NCBI RefSeq assembly: GCF_009914755.1 | Contig: NC_060941.1 | Source: the human T2T-CHM13v2.0 reference genome, Homo sapiens | Direction: 5' to 3' (one strand) | DNA length: 64,000 nucleotides | In this document: positions 50,111-64,000 of the stretch, piece after piece | Layout of the letters: the number at the start of each line of letters is the position of its first letter | How positions within the stretch are numbered: position 1 is the stretch's first letter | Notes under the pieces: model-generated | The model's database searches: none | What the model was told of the DNA's origin: nothing | Seen by the model: the letters and a program-made list of their open reading frames with translations, nothing else | Made by a program: the position numbers and the translations under genes

Positions 50111-51142
50111 TGTAGGGTCCACCCCTACCGGGTCTGTGGGTTTTCTCTTCGCGTGTGTGCGGAGACGAGAGATCGAAGAGATAAAGACAGAAGACAAAGA
50201 GATAGGAAGAAAGACAGCTGGGCCCGGGGGACCACTGCCACCAAAGCGCGGAGACAGACAGGTAGTGGCCCCGAGTGCCTGGAGGCGCTGCTATTTATTG
50301 TAGTCAAGGCAAGGGGGCAGGGTAAGGAGTGCCAGTCATCTCCAATGATCGATAGGTCACGCGAGTCACGTGTCCACTGGACAGGGGGCCTTTCCCTTTG
50401 TGGTAGCCGAGGTGGAGAGGGAGGACAGCAAACGTCAGCGTTTCTTCTATGCACTTATCAGAAAGATCGAAGACTGTGGTACTCCTACTAGTTCTGCTAC
50501 TGCTGTCTTCTAAGAACTTAAAAGGAGGAGCCAGGTGCACAGGCTGAACATGAAAGTGAACAAGGAGCGTGACCACTGAAGCACAGCATCACAGGGAGAC
50601 AGACGTTGGAGCCTCCGGATGACTGCGGGCCGGCCTGGCTAATGTCAGACCTCCCACAAGAGGTGGTGGAGCGGAGCGTTCTCTGTCTCCCCTGGAGAGA
50701 GGGAGATTCCCTTTCCGGGTCTGCTAAGTAACGGGTGCCTTCCCAGGCACTGGGGCCACCGCTAGACCAAGGCCTGCTAAGTAACCAGGGCCTTCCCAGG
50801 CACTGGCATTACCGCTAGGCCAAGGAGCCCTCCAGCGGCCCTTCTCTGGGCGTGAATGAGGGCTCACACTCTCGTCTTCTGGTCACCTCTCACTGTGGCC
50901 CTTCAGCTCCTAACTCTGTGTGGCCTGGTTTCCCCCAAGGTAATCATAATAGAACAGAGATCATTATGGTAATAGAACAAAGAGTGATGCTACAAACTAA
51001 TGATTAATAATGGTCAGATATAATCCTATCCGTTTCCTATCTCTAGTAAAACTTTTCTTATTCTAATTATTTTCTTTGCTGTACTGGAACAGCTTGTGCC
51101 TTCAGGCTCTTGCCTGGGCACCTGGGTGGCTTGCGGCCCACA
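50111..51142 (-). mobile_element. Solo LTR13
   Basis: As above, with AGATAA TSD. Confidence 0.88.
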
Positions 51143-52451
51143 AGATAAGATATATTGCGTTGAACTATAATTTATGTTGATTGCTGAATGATTTAGGGCG
51201 GGGGGGTGGGCACCCCCTGAAATTCTGCCCTGGAGGAGTGGCCTCACCCTAACCCTGGCCGTGGCTAATAATAAGGCCCACCTCTTAGGGCCGTGGAGTG
51301 AAATAAGTTTTCCAGGTAATGCGCAGTAGAGCCCTCAGCCCTCCGCTGAAGTTGCGTTAGGAAGGAGGAAGGGAGAGGTAAATGCTGAGCCCGCAGGCGG
51401 CAGTCTGTGCCTCGGAGAGAAACTTTATCCCAACCTTGCTGGGGGCCTTGACGCCCACCTTGCCCCAAGAGCACCCCGGCAGTCACCCCTGCCCTCTGGG
51501 GTCCTGCCACCCCGAGCCCGACCTTCCCCCTTTTCCCCCGCGCCGGGCCAATAGCCTCCTAACTGCGTCGTGCTCATCACCTTTGCGTCGTTTCTTCGCT
51601 CCACAAACGTTTACTGAGCGCCTTCCACACGCCAGGCGCCAGACTCGCGCGGGGAAACAGGGATAAGCACTGAGGAGGGGTCCCAGCCCTCAGCGATGGG
51701 ATTTCAGAGCGGGAGATAAAGGGTTGCCCAGAAGGGTGGTGAGTGGAATAGCTGATATAAACAACGGGGGCGCGATGAAATACACAGGAGGGCTGCTAGT
51801 CACATATGGGGCGGGTGCCGAGGGCCCTTGACTAAGGGAGGCTTCCTGCACGGGTGACACCCAAGCGGAGTCCTGACGACCTGCGTCAGAAGTAGCCAGG
51901 CGAGGAGGAGGGGAAAGGAATCCACGTCCCGAGCAGAGAGGCAGCGTTCCCTACACAGCCCAGGACACGGTCCGCGCACAGAAGCCGCAGGAGACGCAGG
52001 CACAGGGGCTGGGGAGAATCCTTGCTGGGCCCTCGCCGCCTCCCTCTGCCGGGTGTCTGGTGCCAGCCTCCTGCCTGGCAGAGGAACTCCAGCCCCTGCT
52101 CCCGGAAGCCCCTCCAGGCCTTCGGCTTCCCTGACTGGGCATGGGCCCCTCGTCCCCTCGTCCCCTCGGGTACGGGGCCGGTCTCCCCGCCCGCGGGCGG
52201 CGAAGTAAAGGCCCAGCGCAGCCCGCGCTCCTGCCCTGGGGCCTCGTCTTTCTCCAGGAAAACGTGGACCGCTCTCCGCCGACAGGTCTCTTCCACAGAC
52301 CCCTGTCGCCTTCGCCCCCGGTCTCTTCCGGTTCTGTCTTTTCGCTGGCTCGATACGAACAAGGAAGTCGCCCCCAGCGGAGCCCCGGCTCCCCCAGGCA
52401 GAGGCGGCCCCGGGGGCGGAGTCAACGGCGGAGGCCACGCCCTCTGTGAAA

Positions 52452-52639
52452 GGGCGGGGCATGCAAATTCGAAATGAAAGCCCGGGAACGCCGGAAGAAG
52501 CACGGGTGTAAGATTTCCCTTTTCAAAGGCGGAGAATAAGAAATCAGCCCGAGAGTGTAAGGGCGTCAATAGCGCTGTGGACGAGACAGAGGGAATGGGG
52601 CAAGGAGCGAGGCTGGGGCTCTCACCGCGACTTGAATGT
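52452..52639 (+). promoter_or_regulatory. U2 promoter unit 4 (DSE+PSE)
   Basis: Same elements as unit 1. Confidence 0.92.
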
Positions 52640-52681
52640 GGATGAGAGTGGGACGGTGACGGCGGGCGCGAAGGCGAGCGC

Positions 52682-52868
52682 ATCGCTTCTCGGCCTTTTG
52701 GCTAAGATCAAGTGTAGTATCTGTTCTTATCAGTTTAATATCTGATACGTCCTCTATCCGAGGACAATATATTAAATGGATTTTTGGAGCAGGGAGATGG
52801 AATAGGAGCTTGCTCCGTCCACTCCACGCATCGACCTGGTATTGCAGTACCTCCAGGAACGGTGCACC
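52682..52868 (+). ncRNA. RNU2-1: U2 snRNA copy 4
   Basis: Identical to copy 1; 3' box at 52888-52903; flank variant C>T at 52934. Confidence 0.98.
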
Positions 52869-53181
52869 CCCTCCGGGGATACAACGTGTTTCCTAAAAGT
52901 AGAGGGAGGTGAGAGACGGTAGCACCTGCGGGGTGGCTTGCACGCCGAGTGCCTGTGACGCGCCGGCTTGACTTAACTGCTTCCCTGAAGTACCGTGAGG
53001 TTCCTGATGTGCGGGCGGTAGACGGTAGGCTTATGCGGCACGCTTTCGTTTCCACCGTGGCTACTGCGCTTTGGGAAGGCCACGACCTCCTCCTTTGGGG
53101 AGGTCCTTAGGATCTCAGCTTGGCAGTCGAGTGGGTGGCGACCTTTTAAAGGAATGGGACCCACCCGGAGTTCTTCTTTCT

Positions 53182-53239
<58 letters not shown>

Positions 53240-53282
53240 CTCTCTCTCTCTCTGTCTCTCCGTCTCTCTGTGTCTGTCTCTG

Positions 53283-53326
<44 letters not shown>

Positions 53327-55348
53327 CTCTGTCTCTCTCTCTCTTTCCCCCCCCCTCCCCGCCTCTCCCTCGCTCTCTCTTTTGGTTTCCCCCACCCCCT
53401 CCCAAGTTCTGGGGTACATGTGCAGGACGTGCAGGTTTGGAACATAGGTACACGTGTGCCACGGTGCTTTGCTGCACCTATCCACCAGTCGTCTAGGTTT
53501 GAAGCCCCGCATGCGTTGGCTATTTGTCCTAATGCTCTCTCTCCCCTTGCCCCCCACGCCCCGTCAGGGCCCGGCGTGTGATGTTCCCCTCCCTGTGTCC
53601 CATGTGTTCTCGCTGTTCAACTCCCACTTAGGAGCGAGAACATGCGGTGTTTGGTTTTCGCTTCCTGTGTCAGTTTGCTGAGAATGAGGCCTTCCAGCTT
53701 CATCCACGTTCCCGCAGAGGTCATGAACTCATCCTTTTTTATGGCTGCGTAGTAATTCCATGCTGTATACGTGCCACACTTTCTTTATCCAGCCTATCAT
53801 TCATGGGCATTCGAGTTGGTTCCAAGTCTTTGCTATTGTAAATAGTGCTGCAGTAAACATACGTGTCCACGTGTCTTCCTAGTAGGAACTTCTTCCTCTT
53901 CAGCCCGCTGAGTAGCTGGCACTTTAAGGCAGGTGCCAACGCACCGGCAGCAAGCTTCCTTTTTTGCCCGGGAAAAACTGAGGTGCAGGTAGTATAAGCC
54001 ATTGATCACGGAACGCACAGGAGCAGAGCTCGAGTCCGAGCATCGTGGCTCCACCCGTCATGCTGGATGCATCTTTAGGCTCCGCTCTAGGTATGTGTAT
54101 CCTTTACGGGATCAGCCACCGGCAGTTGCCTTGCGAGCACGATGACAAACCTCTGCCGGCTCTTTTGGGTCTCATCCCTGTATCTATACGTTGCATCCCA
54201 ACATAAAGACCGGAATGTTCCTTTCGCTGACCCAGTCTCTCACCCTTTCCAAACTCCAGAAATCTTGTCTGTCCTCGGAAGAACTCCCCCTGCTTCTTTC
54301 TCTAAAGGCTGTCTTCAGGCCGGGCACAGTGGGAGGATCGCTTGAGCCCAGAAGGCCGCAGTGAGGTGAGATCGCGCCATTGCACTGCAGCCCCCGGCGG
54401 CAGAGCCGGAGCCCCGTCTCGAAACAAACAAACAAAAACCAACCAACCAACCAACAAACAAACACAGACAAAGAAAGAAAGAGCCCAGGCAACCTAGTGA
54501 AAACCTGTTCGGGCTGGGGCGTACCTGTACCCCAGCTGTTCCGGAGGCTGAGGCCAGGAGGATGGGTGGACGCTGGGAGGTGGATGCTGCAGTGAGCAGT
54601 GATTGCACCACTGCACTCCAGCCTGGGTGACAGAGCCAGACCCCGTCCCAAATAAATAAACATAAAAATAAAGGAACCAGTTTGTAGAAAGCGGGAGAGG
54701 GTCCCATTGAACTTCAAGCCTTCGAGCAACAGCTGTGGCTGGACAGGTTGGACCAGCAGGCTGGAGCAGTCGCCATCTTGGCAGGGATCATTGACCCTGA
54801 TCTATCGTCGGGAGGAGGAAGAGCTTATCTTACGCAGGGAGGGCAGGTGGACTATGTGTGGACTCTGGTGACCTGTTTGGGTGCCAGGTGTTACTCCCAG
54901 GGCCACCCGTAACTGTGAATGTGCAGGAACCCTGACTTGAGAAGGGCCTGGCCACGGGGGGCTTAGGCCCCTGGGGAATGAGAGTTTGGTTCCCGGTACC
55001 CAGGGAAACCACCAGCATCGGCAGAGGTGATAGCTGAGGAGGAGCGGGGATTTGGACGAGAGACACAGGATGAGTACCGGGGGGCAGCCCCGTGATCAAC
55101 AACTGCTGCAAGAGGGGCCGTTTGTTCGACTCGCTAGTCTTCTGCGGCTCTATGCGGTACTAAAGAGCAGAAGACAGAACATACAAAAACCACAAAAAGT
55201 AGCCGGGCGTGGTGCTGCCCGTCAATAATCCCAGCTACTCGGGAGGCTGAGACAGGAGAATCGCTTGAACCCGGGAGGCGGAAGTTTCAGCGAGCCGAGA
55301 TCACGCCGTTGCAGTCCAACCTGAGCGTCCGAGCGAGACTCTATCTCA

Positions 55349-56035
<687 letters not shown>

Positions 56036-56283
56036 TCACACTTACAGCACAGCTCCATTAGAACTGACCACATTTCCAGGGCTCCCTGGATACCTGTGGC
56101 TAGCGGCTGCCATACTACACCGTGCTGGGCTGTAGAATGGGGATGACAAGACAGGGCGGCGGAGATTGTGTTGGCGTGAAGCGAGGGAAACACTCGGCCG
56201 CAGGACAAAACTAAAACAGCAAGGGGGCACCGAAAGACTCAGTAGTCCACGTGAATATCCTGATTATGTTGTAGCTGAGATAA

Positions 56284-57315
56284 TGTAGGGTCCACCCCTA
56301 CCGGGTCTGTGGGTTTTCTCTTCGCGTGTGTGCGGAGACGAGAGATCGAAGAGATAAAGACAGAAGACAAAGAGATAGGAAGAAAGACAGCTGGGCCCGG
56401 GGGACCACTGCCACCAAAGCGCGGAGACAGACAGGTAGTGGCCCCGAGTGCCTGGAGGCGCTGCTATTTATTGTAGTCAAGGCAAGGGGGCAGGGTAAGG
56501 AGTGCCAGTCATCTCCAATGATCGATAGGTCACGCGAGTCACGTGTCCACTGGACAGGGGGCCTTTCCCTTTGTGGTAGCCGAGGTGGAGAGGGAGGACA
56601 GCAAACGTCAGCGTTTCTTCTATGCACTTATCAGAAAGATCGAAGACTGTGGTACTCCTACTAGTTCTGCTACTGCTGTCTTCTAAGAACTTAAAAGGAG
56701 GAGCCAGGTGCACAGGCTGAACATGAAAGTGAACAAGGAGCGTGACCACTGAAGCACAGCATCACAGGGAGACAGACGTTGGAGCCTCCGGATGACTGCG
56801 GGCCGGCCTGGCTAATGTCAGACCTCCCACAAGAGGTGGTGGAGCGGAGCGTTCTCTGTCTCCCCTGGAGAGAGGGAGATTCCCTTTCCGGGTCTGCTAA
56901 GTAACGGGTGCCTTCCCAGGCACTGGGGCCACCGCTAGACCAAGGCCTGCTAAGTAACCAGGGCCTTCCCAGGCACTGGCATTACCGCTAGGCCAAGGAG
57001 CCCTCCAGCGGCCCTTCTCTGGGCGTGAATGAGGGCTCACACTCTCGTCTTCTGGTCACCTCTCACTGTGGCCCTTCAGCTCCTAACTCTGTGTGGCCTG
57101 GTTTCCCCCAAGGTAATCATAATAGAACAGAGATCATTATGGTAATAGAACAAAGAGTGATGCTACAAACTAATGATTAATAATGGTCAGATATAATCCT
57201 ATCCGTTTCCTATCTCTAGTAAAACTTTTCTTATTCTAATTATTTTCTTTGCTGTACTGGAACAGCTTGTGCCTTCAGGCTCTTGCCTGGGCACCTGGGT
57301 GGCTTGCGGCCCACA
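56284..57315 (-). mobile_element. Solo LTR13
   Basis: As above, with AGATAA TSD. Confidence 0.88.
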
Positions 57316-58624
57316 AGATAAGATATATTGCGTTGAACTATAATTTATGTTGATTGCTGAATGATTTAGGGCGGGGGGGTGGGCACCCCCTGAAATTCTG
57401 CCCTGGAGGAGTGGCCTCACCCTAACCCTGGCCGTGGCTAATAATAAGGCCCACCTCTTAGGGCCGTGGAGTGAAATAAGTTTTCCAGGTAATGCGCAGT
57501 AGAGCCCTCAGCCCTCCGCTGAAGTTGCGTTAGGAAGGAGGAAGGGAGAGGTAAATGCTGAGCCCGCAGGCGGCAGTCTGTGCCTCGGAGAGAAACTTTA
57601 TCCCAACCTTGCTGGGGGCCTTGACGCCCACCTTGCCCCAAGAGCACCCCGGCAGTCACCCCTGCCCTCTGGGGTCCTGCCACCCCGAGCCCGACCTTCC
57701 CCCTTTTCCCCCGCGCCGGGCCAATAGCCTCCTAACTGCGTCGTGCTCATCACCTTTGCGTCGTTTCTTCGCTCCACAAACGTTTACTGAGCGCCTTCCA
57801 CACGCCAGGCGCCAGACTCGCGCGGGGAAACAGGGATAAGCACTGAGGAGGGGTCCCAGCCCTCAGCGATGGGATTTCAGAGCGGGAGATAAAGGGTTGC
57901 CCAGAAGGGTGGTGAGTGGAATAGCTGATATAAACAACGGGGGCGCGATGAAATACACAGGAGGGCTGCTAGTCACATATGGGGCGGGTGCCGAGGGCCC
58001 TTGACTAAGGGAGGCTTCCTGCACGGGTGACACCCAAGCGGAGTCCTGACGACCTGCGTCAGAAGTAGCCAGGCGAGGAGGAGGGGAAAGGAATCCACGT
58101 CCCGAGCAGAGAGGCAGCGTTCCCTACACAGCCCAGGACACGGTCCGCGCACAGAAGCCGCAGGAGACGCAGGCACAGGGGCTGGGGAGAATCCTTGCTG
58201 GGCCCTCGCCGCCTCCCTCTGCCGGGTGTCTGGTGCCAGCCTCCTGCCTGGCAGAGGAACTCCAGCCCCTGCTCCCGGAAGCCCCTCCAGGCCTTCGGCT
58301 TCCCTGACTGGGCATGGGCCCCTCGTCCCCTCGTCCCCTCGGGTACGGGGCCGGTCTCCCCGCCCGCGGGCGGCGAAGTAAAGGCCCAGCGCAGCCCGCG
58401 CTCCTGCCCTGGGGCCTCGTCTTTCTCCAGGAAAACGTGGACCGCTCTCCGCCGACAGGTCTCTTCCACAGACCCCTGTCGCCTTCGCCCCCGGTCTCTT
58501 CCGGTTCTGTCTTTTCGCTGGCTCGATACGAACAAGGAAGTCGCCCCCAGCGGAGCCCCGGCTCCCCCAGGCAGAGGCGGCCCCGGGGGCGGAGTCAACG
58601 GCGGAGGCCACGCCCTCTGTGAAA

Positions 58625-58812
58625 GGGCGGGGCATGCAAATTCGAAATGAAAGCCCGGGAACGCCGGAAGAAGCACGGGTGTAAGATTTCCCTTTTCAAA
58701 GGCGGAGAATAAGAAATCAGCCCGAGAGTGTAAGGGCGTCAATAGCGCTGTGGACGAGACAGAGGGAATGGGGCAAGGAGCGAGGCTGGGGCTCTCACCG
58801 CGACTTGAATGT
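58625..58812 (+). promoter_or_regulatory. U2 promoter unit 5 (DSE+PSE)
   Basis: Same elements as unit 1. Confidence 0.92.
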
Positions 58813-58854
58813 GGATGAGAGTGGGACGGTGACGGCGGGCGCGAAGGCGAGCGC

Positions 58855-59041
58855 ATCGCTTCTCGGCCTTTTGGCTAAGATCAAGTGTAGTATCTGTTCT
58901 TATCAGTTTAATATCTGATACGTCCTCTATCCGAGGACAATATATTAAATGGATTTTTGGAGCAGGGAGATGGAATAGGAGCTTGCTCCGTCCACTCCAC
59001 GCATCGACCTGGTGTTGCAGTACCTCCAGGAACGGTGCACC
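58855..59041 (+). ncRNA. RNU2-1: U2 snRNA copy 5, variant n.160A>G
   Basis: Reads CCTGGTGTTGCAG instead of CCTGGTATTGCAG (G at 59014); 3' box at 59061-59076 intact. Confidence 0.97.
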
Positions 59042-59354
59042 CCCTCCGGGGATACAACGTGTTTCCTAAAAGTAGAGGGAGGTGAGAGACGGTAGCACCT
59101 GCGGGGCGGCTTGCACGCCGAGTGCCTGTGACGCGCCGGCTTGACTTAACTGCTTCCCTGAAGTACCGTGAGGTTCCTGATGTGCGGGCGGTAGACGGTA
59201 GGCTTATGCGGCACGCTTTCGTTTCCACCGTGGCTACTGCGCTTTGGGAAGGCCACGACCTCCTCCTTTGGGGAGGTCCTTAGGATCTCAGCTTGGCAGT
59301 CGAGTGGGTGGCGACCTTTTAAAGGAATGGGACCCACCCGGAGTTCTTCTTTCT

Positions 59355-59411
<57 letters not shown>

Positions 59412-59440
59412 GTCTCTCCGTCTCTCTGTGTCTGTCTCTG

Positions 59441-59482
<42 letters not shown>

Positions 59483-61506
59483 CTCTGTCTCTCTCTCTCT
59501 CTTTCCCCCCCCCTCCCCGCCTCTCCCTCGCTCTCTCTTTTGGTTTCCCCCACCCCCTCCCAAGTTCTGGGGTACATGTGCAGGACGTGCAGGTTTGGAA
59601 CATAGGTACACGTGTGCCACGGTGCTTTGCTGCACCTATCCACCAGTCGTCTAGGTTTGAAGCCCCGCATGCGTTGGCTATTTGTCCTAATGCTCTCTCT
59701 CCCCTTGCCCCCCACGCCCCGTCAGGGCCCGGCGTGTGATGTTCCCCTCCCTGTGTCCCATGTGTTCTCGCTGTTCAACTCCCACTTAGGAGCGAGAACA
59801 TGCGGTGTTTGGTTTTCGCTTCCTGTGTCAGTTTGCTGAGAATGAGGCCTTCCAGCTTCATCCACGTTCCCGCAGAGGTCATGAACTCATCCTTTTTTAT
59901 GGCTGCGTAGTAATTCCATGCTGTATACGTGCCACACTTTCTTTATCCAGCCTATCATTCATGGGCATTCGAGTTGGTTCCAAGTCTTTGCTATTGTAAA
60001 TAGTGCTGCAGTAAACATACGTGTCCACGTGTCTTCCTAGTAGGAACTTCTTCCTCTTCAGCCCGCTGAGTAGCTGGCACTTTAAGGCAGGTGCCAACGC
60101 ACCGGCAGCAAGCTTCCTTTTTTGCCCGGGAAAAACTGAGGTGCAGGTAGTATAAGCCATTGATCACGGAACGCACAGGAGCAGAGCTCGAGTCCGAGCA
60201 TCGTGGCTCCACCCGTCATGCTGGATGCATCTTTAGGCTCCGCTCTAGGTATGTGTATCCTTTACGGGATCAGCCACCGGCAGTTGCCTTGCGAGCACGA
60301 TGACAAACCTCTGCCGGCTCTTTTGGGTCTCATCCCTGTATCTATACGTTGCATCCCAACATAAAGACCGGAATGTTCCTTTCGCTGACCCAGTCTCTCA
60401 CCCTTTCCAAACTCCAGAAATCTTGTCTGTCCTCGGAAGAACTCCCCCTGCTTCTTTCTCTAAAGGCTGTCTTCAGGCCGGGCACAGTGGGAGGATCGCT
60501 TGAGCCCAGAAGGCCGCAGTGAGGTGAGATCGCGCCATTGCACTGCAGCCCCCGGCGGCAGAGCCGGAGCCCCGTCTCGAAACAAACAAACAAAAACCAA
60601 CCAACCAACCAACAAACAAACACAGACAAAGAAAGAAAGAGCCCAGGCAACCTAGTGAAAACCTGTTCGGGCTGGGGCGTACCTGTACCCCAGCTGTTCC
60701 GGAGGCTGAGGCCAGGAGGATGGGTGGACGCTGGGAGGTGGATGCTGCAGTGAGCAGTGATTGCACCACTGCACTCCAGCCTGGGTGACAGAGCCAGACC
60801 CCGTCCCAAATAAATAAACATAAAAATAAAGGAACCAGTTTGTAGAAAGCGGGAGAGGGTCCCATTGAACTTCAAGCCTTCGAGCAACAGCTGTGGCTGG
60901 ACAGGTTGGACCAGCAGGCTGGAGCAGTCGCCATCTTGGCAGGGATCATTGACCCTGATCTATCGTCGGGAGGAGGAAGAGCTGATCTTACGCAGGGAGG
61001 GCAGGTGGACTATGTGTGGACTCTGGTGACCTGTTTGGGTGCCAGGTGTTACTCCCAGGGCCACCCGTAACTGTGAATGTGCAGGAACCCTGACTTGAGA
61101 AGGGCCTGGCCACGGGGGGCTTAGGCCCCTGGGGAATGAGAGTTTGGTTCCCGGTACCCAGGGAAACCACCAGCATCGGCAGAGGTGATAGCTGAGGAGG
61201 AGCGGGGATTTGGACGAGAGACACAGGATGAGTACCGGGGGGCAGCCCCGTGATCAACAACTGCTGCAAGAGGGGCCGTTTGTTCGACTCGCTAGTCTTC
61301 TGCGGCTCTATGCGGTACTAAAGAGCAGAAGACAGAACATACAAAAACCACAAAAAGTAGCCGGGCGTGGTGCTGCCCGTCAATAATCCCAGCTACTCGG
61401 GAGGCTGAGACAGGAGAATCGCTTGAACCCGGGAGGCGGAAGTTTCAGCGAGCCGAGATCACGCCGTTGCAGTCCAACCTGAGCGTCCGAGCGAGACTCT
61501 ATCTCA

Positions 61507-62219
<713 letters not shown>

Positions 62220-62445
62220 TTAGAACTGACCACATTTCCAGGGCTCCCTGGATACCTGTGGCTAGCGGCTGCCATACTACACCGTGCTGGGCTGTAGAAT
62301 GGGGATGACAAGACAGGGCGGCGGAGATTGTGTTGGCGTGAAGCGAGGGAAACACTCGGCCGCAGGACAAAACTAAAACAGCAAGGGGGCACCGAAAGAC
62401 TCAGTAGTCCACGTGAATATCCTGATTATGTTGTAGCTGAGATAA

Positions 62446-63477
62446 TGTAGGGTCCACCCCTACCGGGTCTGTGGGTTTTCTCTTCGCGTGTGTGCGGAGA
62501 CGAGAGATCGAAGAGATAAAGACAGAAGACAAAGAGATAGGAAGAAAGACAGCTGGGCCCGGGGGACCACTGCCACCAAAGCGCGGAGACAGACAGGTAG
62601 TGGCCCCGAGTGCCTGGAGGCGCTGCTATTTATTGTAGTCAAGGCAAGGGGGCAGGGTAAGGAGTGCCAGTCATCTCCAATGATCGATAGGTCACGCGAG
62701 TCACGTGTCCACTGGACAGGGGGCCTTTCCCTTTGTGGTAGCCGAGGTGGAGAGGGAGGACAGCAAACGTCAGCGTTTCTTCTATGCACTTATCAGAAAG
62801 ATCGAAGACTGTGGTACTCCTACTAGTTCTGCTACTGCTGTCTTCTAAGAACTTAAAAGGAGGAGCCAGGTGCACAGGCTGAACATGAAAGTGAACAAGG
62901 AGCGTGACCACTGAAGCACAGCATCACAGGGAGACAGACGTTGGAGCCTCCGGATGACTGCGGGCCGGCCTGGCTAATGTCAGACCTCCCACAAGAGGTG
63001 GTGGAGCGGAGCGTTCTCTGTCTCCCCTGGAGAGAGGGAGATTCCCTTTCCGGGTCTGCTAAGTAACGGGTGCCTTCCCAGGCACTGGGGCCACCGCTAG
63101 ACCAAGGCCTGCTAAGTAACCAGGGCCTTCCCAGGCACTGGCATTACCGCTAGGCCAAGGAGCCCTCCAGCGGCCCTTCTCTGGGCGTGAATGAGGGCTC
63201 ACACTCTCGTCTTCTGGTCACCTCTCACTGTGGCCCTTCAGCTCCTAACTCTGTGTGGCCTGGTTTCCCCCAAGGTAATCATAATAGAACAGAGATCATT
63301 ATGGTAATAGAACAAAGAGTGATGCTACAAACTAATGATTAATAATGGTCAGATATAATCCTATCCGTTTCCTATCTCTAGTAAAACTTTTCTTATTCTA
63401 ATTATTTTCTTTGCTGTACTGGAACAGCTTGTGCCTTCAGGCTCTTGCCTGGGCACCTGGGTGGCTTGCGGCCCACA
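62446..63477 (-). mobile_element. Solo LTR13
   Basis: As above, with AGATAA TSD. Confidence 0.88.
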
Positions 63478-64000
63478 AGATAAGATATATTGCGTTGAAC
63501 TATAATTTATGTTGATTGCTGAATGATTTAGGGCGGGGGGGTGGGCACCCCCTGAAATTCTGCCCTGGAGGAGTGGCCTCACCCTAACCCTGGCCGTGGC
63601 TAATAATAAGGCCCACCTCTTAGGGCCGTGGAGTGAAATAAGTTTTCCAGGTAATGCGCAGTAGAGCCCTCAGCCCTCCGCTGAAGTTGCGTTAGGAAGG
63701 AGGAAGGGAGAGGTAAATGCTGAGCCCGCAGGCGGCAGTCTGTGCCTCGGAGAGAAACTTTATCCCAACCTTGCTGGGGGCCTTGACGCCCACCTTGCCC
63801 CAAGAGCACCCCGGCAGTCACCCCTGCCCTCTGGGGTCCTGCCACCCCGAGCCCGACCTTCCCCCTTTTCCCCCGCGCCGGGCCAATAGCCTCCTAACTG
63901 CGTCGTGCTCATCACCTTTGCGTCGTTTCTTCGCTCCACAAACGTTTACTGAGCGCCTTCCACACGCCAGGCGCCAGACTCGCGCGGGGAAACAGGGATA

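Overview
Human (hominid) DNA, recognisable as the chr17q21.31 RNU2 locus and its CCDC200-side flank. 1-5.4 kb: three coding exons of CCDC200 (minus strand; the last coding exon lies left of the window). 4.1-32.2 kb: a very Alu-dense flank. It is bracketed by a ~4.2-kb near-identical inverted duplication (4110-8276 vs 27950-32164) that copies CCDC200 exon 1 and its upstream region. The flank also holds U2-less fragments of the U2 repeat unit in both orientations, a solo LTR13, an Alu-interrupted THE1 element, a 651-bp pure-purine triplet tract and a CpG island. 32165-64000: the start of the RNU2 macrosatellite, with five complete U2 snRNA genes (+ strand; DSE, PSE and 3' box intact) in ~6.16-6.19-kb units. 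Each unit has a CT microsatellite, an L1 3' fragment, Alus and a solo LTR13. Top observations: (1) a U2 copy with n.160A>G in the U2B''-binding loop IV; (2) an orphan intact CCDC200 exon 1 aimed into the array and two inverted-repeat systems able to invert the flank; (3) a fold-back quasi-palindrome at the array junction; (4) AT-to-GC/CpG gain inside the array; (5) shared variants linking units 1 and 4. I found no new protein-coding system; nearly all other ORFs are repeat artefacts. Repeat-family names come from recall of consensus sequences, not from a database search.
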